Assembly: GCA_947085095.1 (NCBI GenBank) | Contig: CAMTVD010000004.1 | Coordinates: 70,329-134,328 of the forward strand | DNA: 64,000 nt | Direction: 5' to 3' | Origin: an uncultured Thermus sp. | GTDB lineage: Bacteria; Deinococcota; Deinococci; Deinococcales; Thermaceae | Part shown: one piece after another, positions 36,771-49,860 of the stretch | Layout of the letters: each line of letters begins with the position of its first letter | Position numbering within the stretch: the first letter of the stretch is position 1 | The notes under the pieces: model-generated | The model's database searches: none | Told to the model about the DNA's origin: nothing | Seen by the model: only the letters and a program-made list of their open reading frames with translations | Position numbers and translations under genes: made by a program

Positions 36771-38420
36771 ATGGGCCTCGTTCCCGAATGCTTCATCACC
36801 GAGATCGTGGCAAAGGACCTGCGGGAGGGCAAGTACGAAAAGCTCAAGACCCGCTTCCCCCCCGAGCCCAACGGCTACCTCCACATCGGCCACGCCCGGA
36901 GCATCGTCCTCAACTTCGGCCTGGCCCAGGACTTCGGCGGGACGTGCTACCTCCGCTACGACGACACCAACCCAGAAACGGAAAAGGAAGAGTATGCCCG
37001 CGCCATAGAGGAGGACGTGCGCTGGCTGGGCTTCACCCCGGACCAGGTCCTCTACAGCTCGGACTACTTTGACCGAATGTACCAGTGCGCCCTGGTCCTC
37101 ATAGAGGAGGGCAAGGCCTACGTGGACGACCTGTCCGAGGAGGAGATGAGCGTCTTGAGGGCCGAGGGGAAGCCGAGCCCCTACCGGGAAAGGAGCGTGG
37201 AGGAGAACCTGGAGCTCTTTCAGCGCATGGCCCAAGGGGAGTTCCCCACGGGAAGCCGGGTCCTAAGGGCCAAGATTGACCCCACCCACCCCAACTTCAA
37301 GCTCCGGGACCCCGTCCTCTACCGCATCGTCCACGCCCCCCACTACCACGTGGGGGACCGCTGGGTGGTCTACCCCATGTATGACTACGCCCACCCCCTG
37401 GAGGACTTCATAGAGGGCATCACCCACTCCCTCTGCACCCTGGAGTTTGAGAACAACCGGGCCATCTACGACTGGGTCATTGAAAACGTCAAGGGGAAGT
37501 GCGGCTTTCCCCTCTCCCCCAGGCCCCACCAGTACGAGTTCGCCCGCCTGGACCTAAGCCACACCGTCCTCTCCAAAAGGAAGCTCATCCGGCTGGTGGA
37601 AGGAGGGTACGTCTCCGGCTGGGACGACCCCCGGCTTCCCACCCTGAGGGCCTTAAGAAGGCGGGGGGTGAGGCCCGAGGCCATCGTGGAGTTCGTGCGC
37701 AAAACGGGGATCTCCCGCAACGAGGCCCGCATAGAGATGGACCTCTTTGAGGAGGTGGTGCGGGACGACCTGAACCCCATCGCTCCCCGGGTCCTCGGCG
37801 TGGTGGACCCCTTGAAGGTGGTCCTCACCAACTACGGGGGGGAGGAGTGGATAGAGGCGCCCTACTGGCCCCGGGACATCCCCAAGGAGGGAAGCCGCCC
37901 CCTCCCCTTTTCCGGGGAGATCTACATAGAGCGCGCGGACTTCAGCCTCAACCCCCCCAAGGGCTGGAAGCGCCTCGCCCCCGGGCAGCGGGTGCGCCTG
38001 AGGCACGCCTACGTGATTGAACTTGAGGACGTGGTGGAGGAAAAGGGAGAGGTGAGGCTCCTCAAGGCCCGGGTCGTCCCCGGGACCCTGGGGGCCAACC
38101 CCGAGGACGGGGTCAGGCCCAAGGGGGTGATCCACTGGGTCTCCGCCCACCACGCCCTGCCCGCGGAGTTCCGCCTCTATGGCCGCCTCTTCCTCACGGA
38201 AGACCCCGAGGAGGGGGGGGAGTTCCTCAAGAACCTGAACCCCAAGGCCCTCGAGGTCAGGCGGGGCTTCATAGAACCCAGCGTGGCCCAAGACCCCAAG
38301 GACACCCGCTACCAGCTGGAGCGCCTGGGCTACTTCTGGCAGGACCCCGTGGACTCCAGGCCCGGAGCCCTGGTCCTGAACCGCATCGTCCCCCTCAAGG
38401 AGGGCTTCAAGGCGGGCTAA
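36771..38420 (+). CDS. glnS: Glutaminyl-tRNA synthetase
   Basis: RFPPEPNGYLHIGH, THSLCTLEF, LSKRKL and YQLERLGYF. Confidence 0.95.
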   Translation: MGLVPECFITEIVAKDLREGKYEKLKTRFPPEPNGYLHIGHARSIVLNFGLAQDFGGTCYLRYDDTNPETEKEEYARAIEEDVRWLGFTPDQVLYSSDYFDRMYQCALVLIEEGKAYVDDLSEEEMSVLRAEGKPSPYRERSVEENLELFQRMAQGEFPTGSRVLRAKIDPTHPNFKLRDPVLYRIVHAPHYHVGDRWVVYPMYDYAHPLEDFIEGITHSLCTLEFENNRAIYDWVIENVKGKCGFPLSPRPHQYEFARLDLSHTVLSKRKLIRLVEGGYVSGWDDPRLPTLRALRRRGVRPEAIVEFVRKTGISRNEARIEMDLFEEVVRDDLNPIAPRVLGVVDPLKVVLTNYGGEEWIEAPYWPRDIPKEGSRPLPFSGEIYIERADFSLNPPKGWKRLAPGQRVRLRHAYVIELEDVVEEKGEVRLLKARVVPGTLGANPEDGVRPKGVIHWVSAHHALPAEFRLYGRLFLTEDPEEGGEFLKNLNPKALEVRRGFIEPSVAQDPKDTRYQLERLGYFWQDPVDSRPGALVLNRIVPLKEGFKAG

Positions 38421-38478
38421 GTGGCCGCCCATTGCTTTTCCAGAAAGCTTTCTCTGAGCTTCAGCGCTTTTTTGGGGC

Positions 38479-38506
38479 CCCCGCCGTGGCAAGGGTCACG
38501 GCGGGG
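38479..38506. terminator. GC-rich hairpin between convergent genes
   Basis: CCCCGCCGTG / CACGGCGGGG 10-bp inverted repeat with a weak U-tract. Confidence 0.5.
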
Positions 38507-38509
38507 TAC

Positions 38510-38935
38510 TTAAAGCCCCAGGCTCACCCCCAGGGCCGCCCCCAGGCCGAGGCCCTGCTGGGGGACCAGGTAGTAAACGGGGTGGAGCTCCAGGTAAACC
38601 CCCAGGAGGGGAAGGGGCAGGTTGAGCCAGGTGCCCAAGACCCCCCGCACCCCCGCCTGCCCCGCCCCGTCCTGGGGCAGGGAGAGGGCCCTCCCCGTGC
38701 CGTAAAAGCCCCCCAGGCCCAGGTAGAGGTCGGTGAGGGGGACCTTGAGGAGGAGGTCCACGCCTCCGCCCACGGCCTCGAGGCCCACCCCCCCGTAGAC
38801 CCGCCCGTCCACCAGCAGGGGCACCAGGGGAAAGCGAAGCCCCCCCTGGAGGCCAAAGGGGCTACCTGCGCTCACCTCGGCCCGTTGCGCCAGGGCCACG
38901 CCGAGAACCAGAATCAAAGGGAAAAACTTACGCAC
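38510..38935 (-). CDS. Putative small outer-membrane beta-barrel protein
   Basis: Signal peptide ending ALAQ, followed by amphipathic Gly-rich beta strands. Confidence 0.6.
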   Translation of the reverse strand: MRKFFPLILVLGVALAQRAEVSAGSPFGLQGGLRFPLVPLLVDGRVYGGVGLEAVGGGVDLLLKVPLTDLYLGLGGFYGTGRALSLPQDGAGQAGVRGVLGTWLNLPLPLLGVYLELHPVYYLVPQQGLGLGAALGVSLGL

Positions 38936-39239
38936 GCCGCACCTCCTCTAAAAGGTCCTGCACCTGCAGCAGGCGGGCCTGGTGCACCCCCGGCTGGTAG
39001 TCCACCAGGACCGCCTCCACCTTGAGCATACCCAAGGCCCGGAGGAAGGCCTCCTTGAGGGCCCGGCTCTCCAAGGCGCTCACCCGCATGCCGAGCTCAG
39101 GGTGGAGGGCCAAGAACCTCTCCGCAAGCTCCCTTTTGCTCCACACCCCGGAAAGCCTCTTCCCCAAAGCCTCCATCACCAGGTGCTCCCCGGGCTCCCC
39201 TTCCAGCACGTACCAAACCCCAGACAGATCCGCCTCCAC
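38928..39239 (-). CDS. Conserved Thermus hypothetical protein (DUF3234-like)
   Basis: 103 aa, DLSGVWYVLEGEPGEHL. Family assignment from memory. Confidence 0.65.
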   Translation of the reverse strand: MEADLSGVWYVLEGEPGEHLVMEALGKRLSGVWSKRELAERFLALHPELGMRVSALESRALKEAFLRALGMLKVEAVLVDYQPGVHQARLLQVQDLLEEVRRA

Positions 39240-39256
39240 GGGAGGATAATACCCCC

Positions 39257-39964
39257 GTGCGCCTGGACCGCTACCTGGTGGAAAGGGGCCTGGTGGAAAG
39301 CCGGGAGAAGGCCAAGCGCCTCATAGAGGAGGGACTGGTCAAGGTCTCCGGCAAGGTGGTGCGGAAGCCCGCCCACCCCGTGCCCGAGGGAGCGGAGGTG
39401 ACGCTCCTTTCGGAGGAGCGCTACGTGGGCCGGGGAGCCTACAAGCTCCTGGGGGCCCTGAAGGCCTTCCCCGTGGCGGTGGCGGGGAAGGTGGCCGCCG
39501 ACCTGGGGGCGGGCACCGGGGGCTTCACCCAGGTCCTTTTGGAAGAGGGGGCCAGGAGGGTTTACGCGGTGGACGTGGGCAGGGGCCAGCTCCACCCCAC
39601 CCTGCGCCAGGACCCCAGGGTGGTGGCCCTGGAGGAAGAGGACGCCCGCACCGTGGAACTCCCAGAGAGGGTGGACCTCCTCATCATGGACCTGGCCTTC
39701 ATCTCCGCCACCCAGGTCCTCCCCCGGGTACGGGAGCTCCTCAAGGAGGGGGGGGAGGCCCTGGTCCTGGTGAAGCCCCAGTACGAGCTCTGGCCCGGGG
39801 CCCACCGGGGGGTGGTGCGGGAGGAGGCCCTGAGGCGGGAGGCCCTAAGGCGGGTGAGGGCGAAGGCGGAGGCGCTGGGCTTTGGGGTCCTGGGGGAGGC
39901 GGAAAGCCCCCTCCCGGGCAAGGAGGGGAACCGGGAGTACTGGCTCTGGCTCAAGGCCCCTTGA
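39257..39964 (+). CDS. tlyA: TlyA-family rRNA 2'-O-methyltransferase
   Basis: S4 domain [34 protein letters not shown] and GNREY. Confidence 0.92.
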   Translation: MRLDRYLVERGLVESREKAKRLIEEGLVKVSGKVVRKPAHPVPEGAEVTLLSEERYVGRGAYKLLGALKAFPVAVAGKVAADLGAGTGGFTQVLLEEGARRVYAVDVGRGQLHPTLRQDPRVVALEEEDARTVELPERVDLLIMDLAFISATQVLPRVRELLKEGGEALVLVKPQYELWPGAHRGVVREEALRREALRRVRAKAEALGFGVLGEAESPLPGKEGNREYWLWLKAP

Positions 39965-40955
39965 GCCATTCCTCGGCGATCTGGACGGCGTTGAGAGCGG
40001 CCCCCTTCAGGAGCTGGTCCCCCACCACGAAGAAGTCCAGGCCGTTCTCAAAGGCCAGGCTCTTCCGGATCCGCCCCACCTCCACATCCCACTTGCCGCT
40101 GGCGGTGAGGGGCATGGGGTAGCGCCTCTTTTCGGGCTCGTCCACCACCTCCACCCCGGGGGCCTCCTTCAGCACCTCCCGGGCCGCCTCCGGGGTCAGG
40201 GGCTTAGCGAACTCCACGCTCACCGCCTCGGCGTGGGCGCGCAGGGTGGGAACCCGCACCGCGGTGGCGCTGATCCTGATGGTGTCGTCCCCGAAGATCT
40301 TGTGGGTCTCCCACACCACCTTCATCTCCTCGCGGGTGTAGCCGTTCTCCTGGAAGGCGTCAATCTGGGGGATGACGTTGAAGGGCAGGGGGTGGGCGAA
40401 GACCTCGGCCCGGGGAGCTTCGCCATGGAGGTGACGGTGGGTCTCGGTGAGGAGCTCCTCCATGCCCTTGGCCCCCGCCCCCGAGGCCGCCTGGTAGGTG
40501 GCCACGATGACCCTCTTGGCCTGGAAGGCTTTGTGGAGGGGCCAGAGGGCCATGGCCAGGATGGCGGTGGTGCAGTTGGGGTTGGCGATGATGCCCTGGT
40601 GGGTGAAGATCTTCTCCCGGTTCACCTCCGGGACCACCAGGGGCACCCAGGGCTCGTAGCGGAAGGCGCTGGAGTTGTCTATGACCAAGGCCCCACCCTG
40701 GGCCCAGACGGGGGCCAGAGCCTTGGAGATCGCCCCCCCGGCGCTGGCCAGGACCAGGTCCACGGGCAAGGGCCCCTCGGGAAGGGGCTCCACGGGGATC
40801 TCCTCCCCCATGAAGGGGAGGCGCACCCCCGCCGAGCGGGGGGAGGCGTAGAGCCGAAGCTCCCCCAGGGGGAAGCGGCGGGCCTCGAGGACCTTCAGGA
40901 TCTCCCGCCCCACGGCCCCCGTGGCCCCCACCACGGCCACCTTTAGCTGACCCAT
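39951..40955 (-). CDS. asd: Aspartate-semialdehyde dehydrogenase
   Basis: [22 protein letters not shown] and [13 protein letters not shown]. Confidence 0.96.
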   Translation of the reverse strand: MGQLKVAVVGATGAVGREILKVLEARRFPLGELRLYASPRSAGVRLPFMGEEIPVEPLPEGPLPVDLVLASAGGAISKALAPVWAQGGALVIDNSSAFRYEPWVPLVVPEVNREKIFTHQGIIANPNCTTAILAMALWPLHKAFQAKRVIVATYQAASGAGAKGMEELLTETHRHLHGEAPRAEVFAHPLPFNVIPQIDAFQENGYTREEMKVVWETHKIFGDDTIRISATAVRVPTLRAHAEAVSVEFAKPLTPEAAREVLKEAPGVEVVDEPEKRRYPMPLTASGKWDVEVGRIRKSLAFENGLDFFVVGDQLLKGAALNAVQIAEEWLKGP

Positions 40956-40968
40956 ACTTCCTCCAAGC

Positions 40969-42489
<1,521 letters not shown>

Positions 42490-42609
42490 GCCCTTCCCTC
42501 CTTGGGGCCCTAGGGCCCGATAGGAGGCATCTTACTAAAGGCCAAGGTAAGCGAAGGCGCAAACCCCCGGGAAGGAGGCCTTTACGCTAGAATGTGGGTA
42601 GAGGGGAGC

Positions 42610-44814
42610 ATGAACAGGTACGACGATCGCGCCAGGCTGGTCTTTCACTACGCAAGGGAGGAGGGGAGCCGCTTAGGCCACTCCATGATCGGCCCAGAGC
42701 ACCTCCTCCTGGGCCTGATGCGCGAGGGGGGCACGGCGGCCCGCATCCTCCAGGAGTACGGGGCGAGCCTCGAGGCCATGCGCCGCATGGTGGAGGAGCT
42801 GGTGGGCCGCGGCGAGGGGAGCCGCACCGGGGAACCCCCCGCCATCACGCCCCGGGCGAGGCGGGTCATGGAGCTGGCCAGCGCCGAGGCCCGCAACATG
42901 GGGGCCCAGGTGATCGGCACCGAGCACATCCTCCTGGGCATCATCCGCGAGGGGGACGGGATCGCCTACCGCATCCTCACCCACTTCGCCAAGGACGTGG
43001 ACGCCATCCGCTGGCGCATCCTGGCCATGGCCGACAACCGGGAGCGGGAGAAGCCGGTGAACACCCCCTTCCTGGACGAGTACGGCCGCGACCTCACCAA
43101 GGAGGCCCGGGAGGGCAGGCTGGACCCAGTGATCGGCCGCCAAGAGGAGATCAACCGGGTGATCCAGATCCTGGCGCGGCGCACCAAGAACAACCCCGTC
43201 CTCATCGGGGACCCGGGGGTGGGCAAGACGGCCATCGTGGAGGGGCTGGCCCAGGCCATCGTGGAAGGGCGGGTCCCCCCCATCCTCAAGGGGGCCCGGG
43301 TGGTGGCCATAGACCTGGCCGGGGTGGTGGCGGGGACCAAGTACCGGGGCGAGTTTGAGGAGCGCCTGCGCCAGATCATAGAGGAGCTCAAGAATGCCAA
43401 GGTCATCGCCTTCATTGACGAGCTCCACACCCTGATCGGGGCCGGGGGGGCCGAGGGCACCCTGGACGCCGCCAACATCATGAAGCCTGCCCTGGCCCGG
43501 GGGGAGATCCAGGTGATCGGGGCCACCACCACCGGGGAGTACCACCGCTACATAGAGAAGGACGCCGCCCTGGAACGGCGCTTCCAGCCGGTGATCGTCC
43601 TGGAGCCTTCCCCGGAGGAAACCCTAGAGATCCTCAAGGGCCTCCGCCCCCGCTACGAGGCCCACCACGGGGTCATCATCCCCGACGAGGTCCTGGAGCT
43701 CTCGGTCAAGATCGGCATCCGCTCCCTCCCCGGGCGCAACTTCCCCGACAAGGCCATTGACCTCATCGACGAGGCGGCCAGCCGGGTCCGCCTCAACGCC
43801 TCTTTGGGCCTCCCCGTGGCCGAGGAGGAGGACGGCACCCCGGTGGTCACCCGGGAGGACATTGAGGCCGTGGTGGACTCCTGGGGCGGGATCTACAGCG
43901 ACGACAAGGACGACCAGAAGCTCATGCACCTGGAGGAGGAGCTCAGGAAGCGGGTGGTGGGCCAGGAGGAGGCCATCAAGGCCCTGGCCAGCGCCCTCCG
44001 CCGGGCCCGGGTGGGGCTTGGGGGGAGGACCCGGGTGGCCGCCAGCTTCCTCTTCGTGGGGCAAAGCGGGGTGGGCAAAACCCAGCTGGCCAAGGCCCTG
44101 GCCGAGGTCCTCTTCGGCTCGGAGCGGGCCCTCATCCGCTTTGACATGTCCGAGTTCCAGGAGCCCCACTCCATCTCCAAGCTGATCGGGGCCCCACCCG
44201 GTTATGTGGGCTACGAGCAGGGAGGCCGCCTCACCGAGGCCGTGCGGCGCCAGCCCTTCAGCGTGGTCCTCCTGGACGAGATAGAGAAGGCCCACCCCGA
44301 CATCTACAACACCTTCCTCCAGGTCCTGGACGAGGGCCGCCTCACCGACGGTATGGGGCGCACCGTGGACTTCCGCCGGGTGATCCTCATCATGACCTCC
44401 AACACCGGCTACAACGTGGGCCCGGCCATCGGCTTCACCTCCAGAGAGGTGGACACGGACTCCCCCCTCAAGAGCCTCTTCACCCCCGAGTTCCTGGACC
44501 GCCTGGACGAGGTCATCCGCTTCCGCCCCCTTACCGAGGAGGAGCTGGTCCAGGTGGCCCGGCTCATGCTGGAGGAAATCCAGAAGGAGTTGAAGGGCCG
44601 GGACATAGAGGTCACCTTCGCCCCCGAGGTGGCCCGCTTCGTGGTGGAGCAGGCCCCCAAGACGGGGAGCGCCCGGGCCATCCGCGGGGTCATCCGCGAG
44701 CGCATAGAGGACCCCCTCTCCCTGGCCCTCCTGAAGAAGCCCACGGGCCGCCTCTACGTCAACGTGGAGGAGGGCAACCTGGCCTTCCACGAGGTGGAGG
44801 AGTTCCTGGTCTGA
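42610..44814 (+). CDS. clpC: ATP-dependent Clp protease ATPase subunit (ClpC/ClpA-like)
   Basis: Two Clp-N repeats, Walker A motifs GDPGVGKT and GQSGVGKT, and an IGF loop. Confidence 0.88.
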   Translation: MNRYDDRARLVFHYAREEGSRLGHSMIGPEHLLLGLMREGGTAARILQEYGASLEAMRRMVEELVGRGEGSRTGEPPAITPRARRVMELASAEARNMGAQVIGTEHILLGIIREGDGIAYRILTHFAKDVDAIRWRILAMADNREREKPVNTPFLDEYGRDLTKEAREGRLDPVIGRQEEINRVIQILARRTKNNPVLIGDPGVGKTAIVEGLAQAIVEGRVPPILKGARVVAIDLAGVVAGTKYRGEFEERLRQIIEELKNAKVIAFIDELHTLIGAGGAEGTLDAANIMKPALARGEIQVIGATTTGEYHRYIEKDAALERRFQPVIVLEPSPEETLEILKGLRPRYEAHHGVIIPDEVLELSVKIGIRSLPGRNFPDKAIDLIDEAASRVRLNASLGLPVAEEEDGTPVVTREDIEAVVDSWGGIYSDDKDDQKLMHLEEELRKRVVGQEEAIKALASALRRARVGLGGRTRVAASFLFVGQSGVGKTQLAKALAEVLFGSERALIRFDMSEFQEPHSISKLIGAPPGYVGYEQGGRLTEAVRRQPFSVVLLDEIEKAHPDIYNTFLQVLDEGRLTDGMGRTVDFRRVILIMTSNTGYNVGPAIGFTSREVDTDSPLKSLFTPEFLDRLDEVIRFRPLTEEELVQVARLMLEEIQKELKGRDIEVTFAPEVARFVVEQAPKTGSARAIRGVIRERIEDPLSLALLKKPTGRLYVNVEEGNLAFHEVEEFLV

Positions 44815-44825
44815 GGAACAATGTA

Positions 44826-44866
44826 GGGGAAGCGGAGCCTGCCCGGGCCTATCCGCTTCCCCCTTT
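44826..44866 (+). terminator. Hairpin between clpC and radA
   Basis: GGGGAAGCGGA / TCCGCTTCCCC 11-bp stem followed by CTTT. Confidence 0.5.
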
Positions 44867-44871
44867 GCCCT

Positions 44872-46146
44872 ATGGCCAAGACCAGCTACGCCTGCGTGGA
44901 GTGCGGCTACCGGACCCCTAAGCCCTTAGGGCGGTGCCCGGGGTGTGGGGCCTGGGGAAGCTTCCAGGAGGAAGTGAAAGCCCCTCCGAGGAAGGAGGCC
45001 CGAAGCCGCCCGGAGACAGACCTCCTCCCCCTGTCCCAGGTGGACGAAAAGGAGGAGCGCCGCTTCTCCTCAGGGCTTGCCGAGGTGGACCGGGTTTTAG
45101 GGGGCGGGTTCGTGCCGGGGGAGGTGGTCCTCCTGGGCGGGGAGCCCGGGGTGGGCAAGAGCACCCTCCTCCTGGAGATGGCCCGGCGCATGCCCCAGAG
45201 GGTCTACTACCTGGCGGGGGAGGAGTCCCCGGCCCAGATCAAGCTCCGGGCCAAAAGGCTGAGGGTGAAGGAGCTTCTTTTGCTGCGGGAAACCCGTCTG
45301 GAACCCCTTCTCGCCCTCCTGGAGCGGGCGCCGCCGGAGGCCCTTTTCGTGGATTCCGTGCAGACCATTGAGGCGGGGGGAAGCCCAGGAAGCCTGGTGG
45401 CGGTGCGGGAGGCCACGGGTGCCCTGGTGCGCTTCGCCAAGGAGAGCGGCACCACCATCGTCCTGGTGGGGCACGTGACCAAGGAGGGGGTGGTGGCGGG
45501 GCCCAAGAGCGTGGAGCACGCGGTGGACGCCACCCTTTACCTGGAGACGGCCGGGGTCTACCGGGTCCTGAGGAGCGCCAAGAACCGCTTCGGCCCCGTG
45601 GGGGAGCTCGGGGTTTTCCGCATGGAGGAGGAGGGGCTTTTGGAGGTGAAAAACCCCTCGGAGGCCTTCCTCCTGGAGAGGCCCCTGGGGGTGCCGGGAA
45701 GCGCCATCGCCCTGGCCCTGGCCGGGGAGCGGGCCTTGGCCCTCGAGGTCCAGGCCCTGGCCGCCAAGACCCCCTTCCCCGCCCCCCGCCGGGTGGTCCA
45801 GGGACTGGACTCTAGGCGGGTGGACATGGTCCTGGCGGTGCTGGAAAGGCGCCTGGGGCTTCCCTTGGCCAGCTTGGACATCTACGTGAACCTGGCGGGG
45901 GGGCTTAGGGTAATGGACCCGGGGCTGGACCTGGCCGTGGCCCTGGCGGTGTATTCTGCGGTGGTGGGCCGTTCCCTGCCTGAGGAGCTGGCGGTGGTGG
46001 GGGAGGTGGGTCTTCTGGGAGAAATCCGCAGCGTGGCGGGGCTGGAAAGGCGGCTTAAGGAGGGGGAGCGGGCGGGCTTTAGGCGCTTCCTGCACCCTGG
46101 AAATACCAAGAACCTGGCGCAAGCGGTGGAGCGGTACCTGGGATGA
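44872..46146 (+). CDS. radA: DNA repair protein RadA/Sms
   Basis: C4 zinc finger, GEPGVGKST, KNRFG and a Lon-like C-terminus. Confidence 0.95.
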   Translation: MAKTSYACVECGYRTPKPLGRCPGCGAWGSFQEEVKAPPRKEARSRPETDLLPLSQVDEKEERRFSSGLAEVDRVLGGGFVPGEVVLLGGEPGVGKSTLLLEMARRMPQRVYYLAGEESPAQIKLRAKRLRVKELLLLRETRLEPLLALLERAPPEALFVDSVQTIEAGGSPGSLVAVREATGALVRFAKESGTTIVLVGHVTKEGVVAGPKSVEHAVDATLYLETAGVYRVLRSAKNRFGPVGELGVFRMEEEGLLEVKNPSEAFLLERPLGVPGSAIALALAGERALALEVQALAAKTPFPAPRRVVQGLDSRRVDMVLAVLERRLGLPLASLDIYVNLAGGLRVMDPGLDLAVALAVYSAVVGRSLPEELAVVGEVGLLGEIRSVAGLERRLKEGERAGFRRFLHPGNTKNLAQAVERYLG

Positions 46147-47147
46147 ACCTGCGGCTTCTCCTTTACCTGCTCTTCGCCTTCTTGGGCTACCAACTGGCGG
46201 TGGCCCTCGAGGGCCTGGGCCTCCTTCCCAAGTCCCTGGGCCTCCTCTCCCTGAACCGCCTCTACCTAACCTTGGCGGGCCTCCTGACCGGGATCCTCCT
46301 GGCCCCCAGGCTGGAGATCTTCCTGGAAAAGCGGCTCAGGAAGCTCAAGGAGCTACCGCCGGAGGTCCCGGTGGCCCTCACCCTGGGGGCCACCCTGGGC
46401 CTCCTCCTCACCGTCCTGCTCACCACCCTCCTCGCCCAGATCCCTGGCTTCTCCCCCTACCACAGCCTCCTCCTGGCCCTTTCCCTGGTGGGCCTCTTCG
46501 CCTACCTGGCCCTGGGCTACAAGGAGTACCTGCGCCTTCCCCACCCCAAGAAGACGGGGGAGCCCGGGGGCAAGGTCCTGGATACCAGCGTCCTGGTGGA
46601 CGGAAGGCTGGCCGAGGTGGCGGCCACGGGCTTCCTGGAAGGCCCCCTTTACGTGCCCCATTTCATCCTCAAGGAGCTCCAGCACTTCGCCGACAGCCCC
46701 GACCCCCTGAAGCGGGCCAAGGGCAGGCGGGGCCTCGAGGCCCTGGAGAGGCTCAAGGAACTCCTCCCCCTGGAGGTGGTGGAGGAGGCCCCCAAGGGGG
46801 AGAGCGTGGACGAGAAGCTCCTCTTCCTGGCCCGGGACCTGGGGGCGGCTTTGGTCACCAACGACCTAGCCCTTCTGCAGATGGCCCGCATCTACGGGGT
46901 GAGGGCCCTCTCGGTCCAGGCCCTGGCCCAGGCCCTAAGGCCCCAGCTCCAGGTGGGGGACACCCTGAAGATTCTCATTTTCAAAGAGGGCAAGGAACCC
47001 CACCAGGGGGTGGGCTACCTGGAGGACGGCTCCATGGTGGTGGTGGACGAGGGGATCCGCTACAAGGGCCAGGAAATAGAGGTGGTCATCACCCAGGCCA
47101 TCCAGACCCAGGTGGGCCGCCTCTTCTTCGCTAGGCCCGCCCAGTAA
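46143..47147 (+). CDS. Membrane PIN/TRAM domain protein (YacL-like)
   Basis: TM helices, LDTSVLVDGR, LVTND and GKEPHQGVGYLEDGSMVVV. Confidence 0.9.
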   Translation: MNLRLLLYLLFAFLGYQLAVALEGLGLLPKSLGLLSLNRLYLTLAGLLTGILLAPRLEIFLEKRLRKLKELPPEVPVALTLGATLGLLLTVLLTTLLAQIPGFSPYHSLLLALSLVGLFAYLALGYKEYLRLPHPKKTGEPGGKVLDTSVLVDGRLAEVAATGFLEGPLYVPHFILKELQHFADSPDPLKRAKGRRGLEALERLKELLPLEVVEEAPKGESVDEKLLFLARDLGAALVTNDLALLQMARIYGVRALSVQALAQALRPQLQVGDTLKILIFKEGKEPHQGVGYLEDGSMVVVDEGIRYKGQEIEVVITQAIQTQVGRLFFARPAQ

Positions 47148-47724
47148 GCCCCCGCCAGAGGAGCCAGGCGCCCAGGAACACCAGGGCCAAGGGGAACAGG
47201 TAACCCAAGGCCTCCCCCACCCCCTCCAGCCAGAAGACCAAGGGAACGAGGAGGCCAAGGGCGGGCCAAAGGGCCCAGCGGTGGCCCAAGGCGAAGAGGA
47301 CCCCGAAGGTGGCGGCAAGCCCTAGGAAGAGGAGCCAGGCCGCATCCAGGCCCGGCCAAAGGGCCTCCACAAGGGCCACCAAGGCCAGGGTGAGGAGCAC
47401 GCCCCCCGGGATGAGGGCCCACCACTCCGAGGGGCGGAGGGCATAGGCCAACAGGAAGCCCAGGCCGGTCAGGCCCAGAAAGGCAACGCCCCCAAAGTTC
47501 CCGCCCAGCCAGGCCCCCAGCCCCAGGCCCAATAGGCCCCCCCCAGGGATTACCCAAAAGAAGCGGGTGCGATCCCGAAGCCCCATGGCCAGAAGCGCCG
47601 CCCCCGCCAAGGCCATCCCCCCTCCCCAGAGGGGCCGGGCCAGGGGGAAGCCCATCCGCTCCCAAAGGAACAAAAGGCCCAAAAGGAGAAGGGCCAACCC
47701 CAGCGCTGCCTCGGGTCGTTTCAT
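47131..47724 (-). CDS. Hypothetical polytopic membrane protein
   Basis: Hydrophobic ORF from ATG 47724 with repeated WVIPGG / WALIPGG / WALWP units. Confidence 0.7.
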   Translation of the reverse strand: MKRPEAALGLALLLLGLLFLWERMGFPLARPLWGGGMALAGAALLAMGLRDRTRFFWVIPGGGLLGLGLGAWLGGNFGGVAFLGLTGLGFLLAYALRPSEWWALIPGGVLLTLALVALVEALWPGLDAAWLLFLGLAATFGVLFALGHRWALWPALGLLVPLVFWLEGVGEALGYLFPLALVFLGAWLLWRGLTGRA

Positions 47725-47808
47725 AGGTACCCCGCTTCCAGTGTAGCCCGCAAGCGGCGAAGAGCCCGAAGTATAATCTTCCTGGCCTTCAAGGCCAGGA
47801 GGTGGAGC

Positions 47809-48945
47809 TTGAACCTGCACGAGTATCAAGCCAAGGAGATCCTCGCCCGCCACGGGGTGCCGGTGCCGCCAGGCAAGGTGGCCTACACCCCGGACGAGGC
47901 CAAGAGGATCGCCGAGGAGTTTGGCAAGCGGGTGGTCATCAAGGCCCAGGTGCACGTGGGGGGGAGAGGCAAAGCGGGTGGGGTGAAGCTGGCCGACACC
48001 CCCCAGGAGGCCTACGAGAAGGCCCAGGCCATCCTGGGCATGAACATCAAGGGCCTCACCGTCAAGAAGGTCCTGGTGGCCGAGGCCGTGGACATCGCCA
48101 AGGAGTACTACGCCGGCCTCATCCTGGACCGCTCGCAAAAGCGGGTGGTCCTCATGCTCTCCAAGGAGGGGGGGGTGGACATTGAGGAGGTGGCCGCAGA
48201 GCGCCCCGAGGCCATCCACAAGTTCTGGATTGACCCCCACAAGGGCCTGAGGCCCTTTGAGGCCCGGGAGATGGTGAAGCGGGCGGGCCTCGAGGGCAAC
48301 CTGAACAAGATCGCCCAGGTCCTGGTAGCCCTCTACCGGGCCTACGAAGGGGTGGACGCCTCCATCGCCGAGATCAACCCCCTGGTGGTCACCAGCGAGG
48401 GGGCCATCGTGGCCGCCGACGCCAAGATCGTCCTGGACGACAACGCCCTCTTCCGCCACCCCGACCTGGCGGAGCTCAGGGAGGTGGAGGCGGAGCACCC
48501 CCTGGAGGTGGAGGCCAGCAACTACGGCTTCGCCTACGTGAAGCTTTCCGGGAACATCGGTATCATCGGCAACGGGGCGGGCCTGGTCATGTACACCCTG
48601 GACCTGGTGGCCCGGGTGGGGGGCAAGCCCGCTAACTTCCTGGACATCGGCGGCGGGGCCAAGGCCGACGTGGTCTACAACGCCCTCAAGGTGGTCCTCA
48701 AGGACCCCGAGGTGAAGGGGATCTTCATCAACATCTTCGGGGGCATCACCCGGGCGGACGAGGTGGCCAAGGGGGTCATCCGGGCCCTGGAGGAGGGCCT
48801 CCTCAGCAAGCCCGTGGTCATGCGGGTGGCGGGCACCGCCGAGGAAGAGGCCAAGAGGCTCCTGGAGGGCAAACCCGTGTACATGTACCCCACGTCCATT
48901 GAGGCGGCCAAGGCCATCGTGGCCATGGTGGGAGGTGCGGCGTGA
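47809..48945 (+). CDS. sucC: Succinyl-CoA synthetase beta subunit
   Basis: [23 protein letters not shown] and [11 protein letters not shown] start. Confidence 0.97.
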   Translation: MNLHEYQAKEILARHGVPVPPGKVAYTPDEAKRIAEEFGKRVVIKAQVHVGGRGKAGGVKLADTPQEAYEKAQAILGMNIKGLTVKKVLVAEAVDIAKEYYAGLILDRSQKRVVLMLSKEGGVDIEEVAAERPEAIHKFWIDPHKGLRPFEAREMVKRAGLEGNLNKIAQVLVALYRAYEGVDASIAEINPLVVTSEGAIVAADAKIVLDDNALFRHPDLAELREVEAEHPLEVEASNYGFAYVKLSGNIGIIGNGAGLVMYTLDLVARVGGKPANFLDIGGGAKADVVYNALKVVLKDPEVKGIFINIFGGITRADEVAKGVIRALEEGLLSKPVVMRVAGTAEEEAKRLLEGKPVYMYPTSIEAAKAIVAMVGGAA

Positions 48946-49808
48946 TCCTGGTCAACAAGGAGACCCGCGTCCTGGTCCAGGGCATCACCGGCCGGGAGGG
49001 TCAGTTCCACACCCAGCAGATGCTTTCCTACGGCACCAAGATCGTGGCCGGGGTCACCCCGGGCAAAGGGGGGAGCGAGGTCCTGGGGGTGCCCGTGTAC
49101 GACACGGTGAAAGAGGCGGTGCGGGCGCACGCCATTGACGCCTCGGTCATCTTCGTGCCCGCCCCCGGCGCGGCGGACGCGGCCCTCGAGGCCGCCCACG
49201 CCGGCGTTCCCCTCATCGTCCTCATCACCGAGGGCATCCCCACCCTGGACATGGTGAGGGCGGTGGAGGAGATCCGGACCCTAGGGGTGCGCCTCATCGG
49301 GGGGAACTGCCCTGGAATCATCAGCGCCGAGGAGACCAAGCTGGGCATCATGCCCGGCCACGTCTTCAAGCGGGGCAAGGTGGGCCTCATCAGCCGCTCC
49401 GGCACCCTCACCTACGAGGCCGCCGCCGCCCTCTCCCAGGCGGGCCTGGGCACCACCACCACCGTGGGGATCGGGGGTGACCCGGTGATCGGGACCACCT
49501 TCAAAGACCTCCTCCCCCTCTTCAACGAGGACCCCGAAACCGAGGCCGTGGTCCTGATCGGGGAGATCGGGGGCTCGGACGAGGAGGAGGCCGCGGCCTG
49601 GGTGAAGGAGCACATGAAGAAGCCGGTGGTGGGCTTCATCGGCGGCCGAAGCGCCCCCAAGGGGAAGCGGATGGGCCACGCCGGGGCCATCATCATGGGG
49701 AACGTGGGCACCCCGGAGTCCAAGCTGAAGGCCTTCGCCGAGGCGGGCATCCCCGTGGCGGACACCATTGACGAGATCGTGGAGCTGGTGAAGAAGGCCC
49801 TGGGTTAG
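48942..49808 (+). CDS. sucD: Succinyl-CoA synthetase alpha subunit
   Basis: [18 protein letters not shown] and MGHAGA. Confidence 0.97.
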   Translation: MILVNKETRVLVQGITGREGQFHTQQMLSYGTKIVAGVTPGKGGSEVLGVPVYDTVKEAVRAHAIDASVIFVPAPGAADAALEAAHAGVPLIVLITEGIPTLDMVRAVEEIRTLGVRLIGGNCPGIISAEETKLGIMPGHVFKRGKVGLISRSGTLTYEAAAALSQAGLGTTTTVGIGGDPVIGTTFKDLLPLFNEDPETEAVVLIGEIGGSDEEEAAAWVKEHMKKPVVGFIGGRSAPKGKRMGHAGAIIMGNVGTPESKLKAFAEAGIPVADTIDEIVELVKKALG

Positions 49809-49834
49809 GGCCCATCCGGCAGCGGAAAGGCTTT

Positions 49835-49860
49835 CCCCCTTGCCTCGGCAAGGGGGTTTT
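49835..49860 (+). terminator. Intrinsic terminator after sucD
   Basis: CCCCCTTGCC-TC-GGCAAGGGGG followed by TTTT. Confidence 0.75.
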
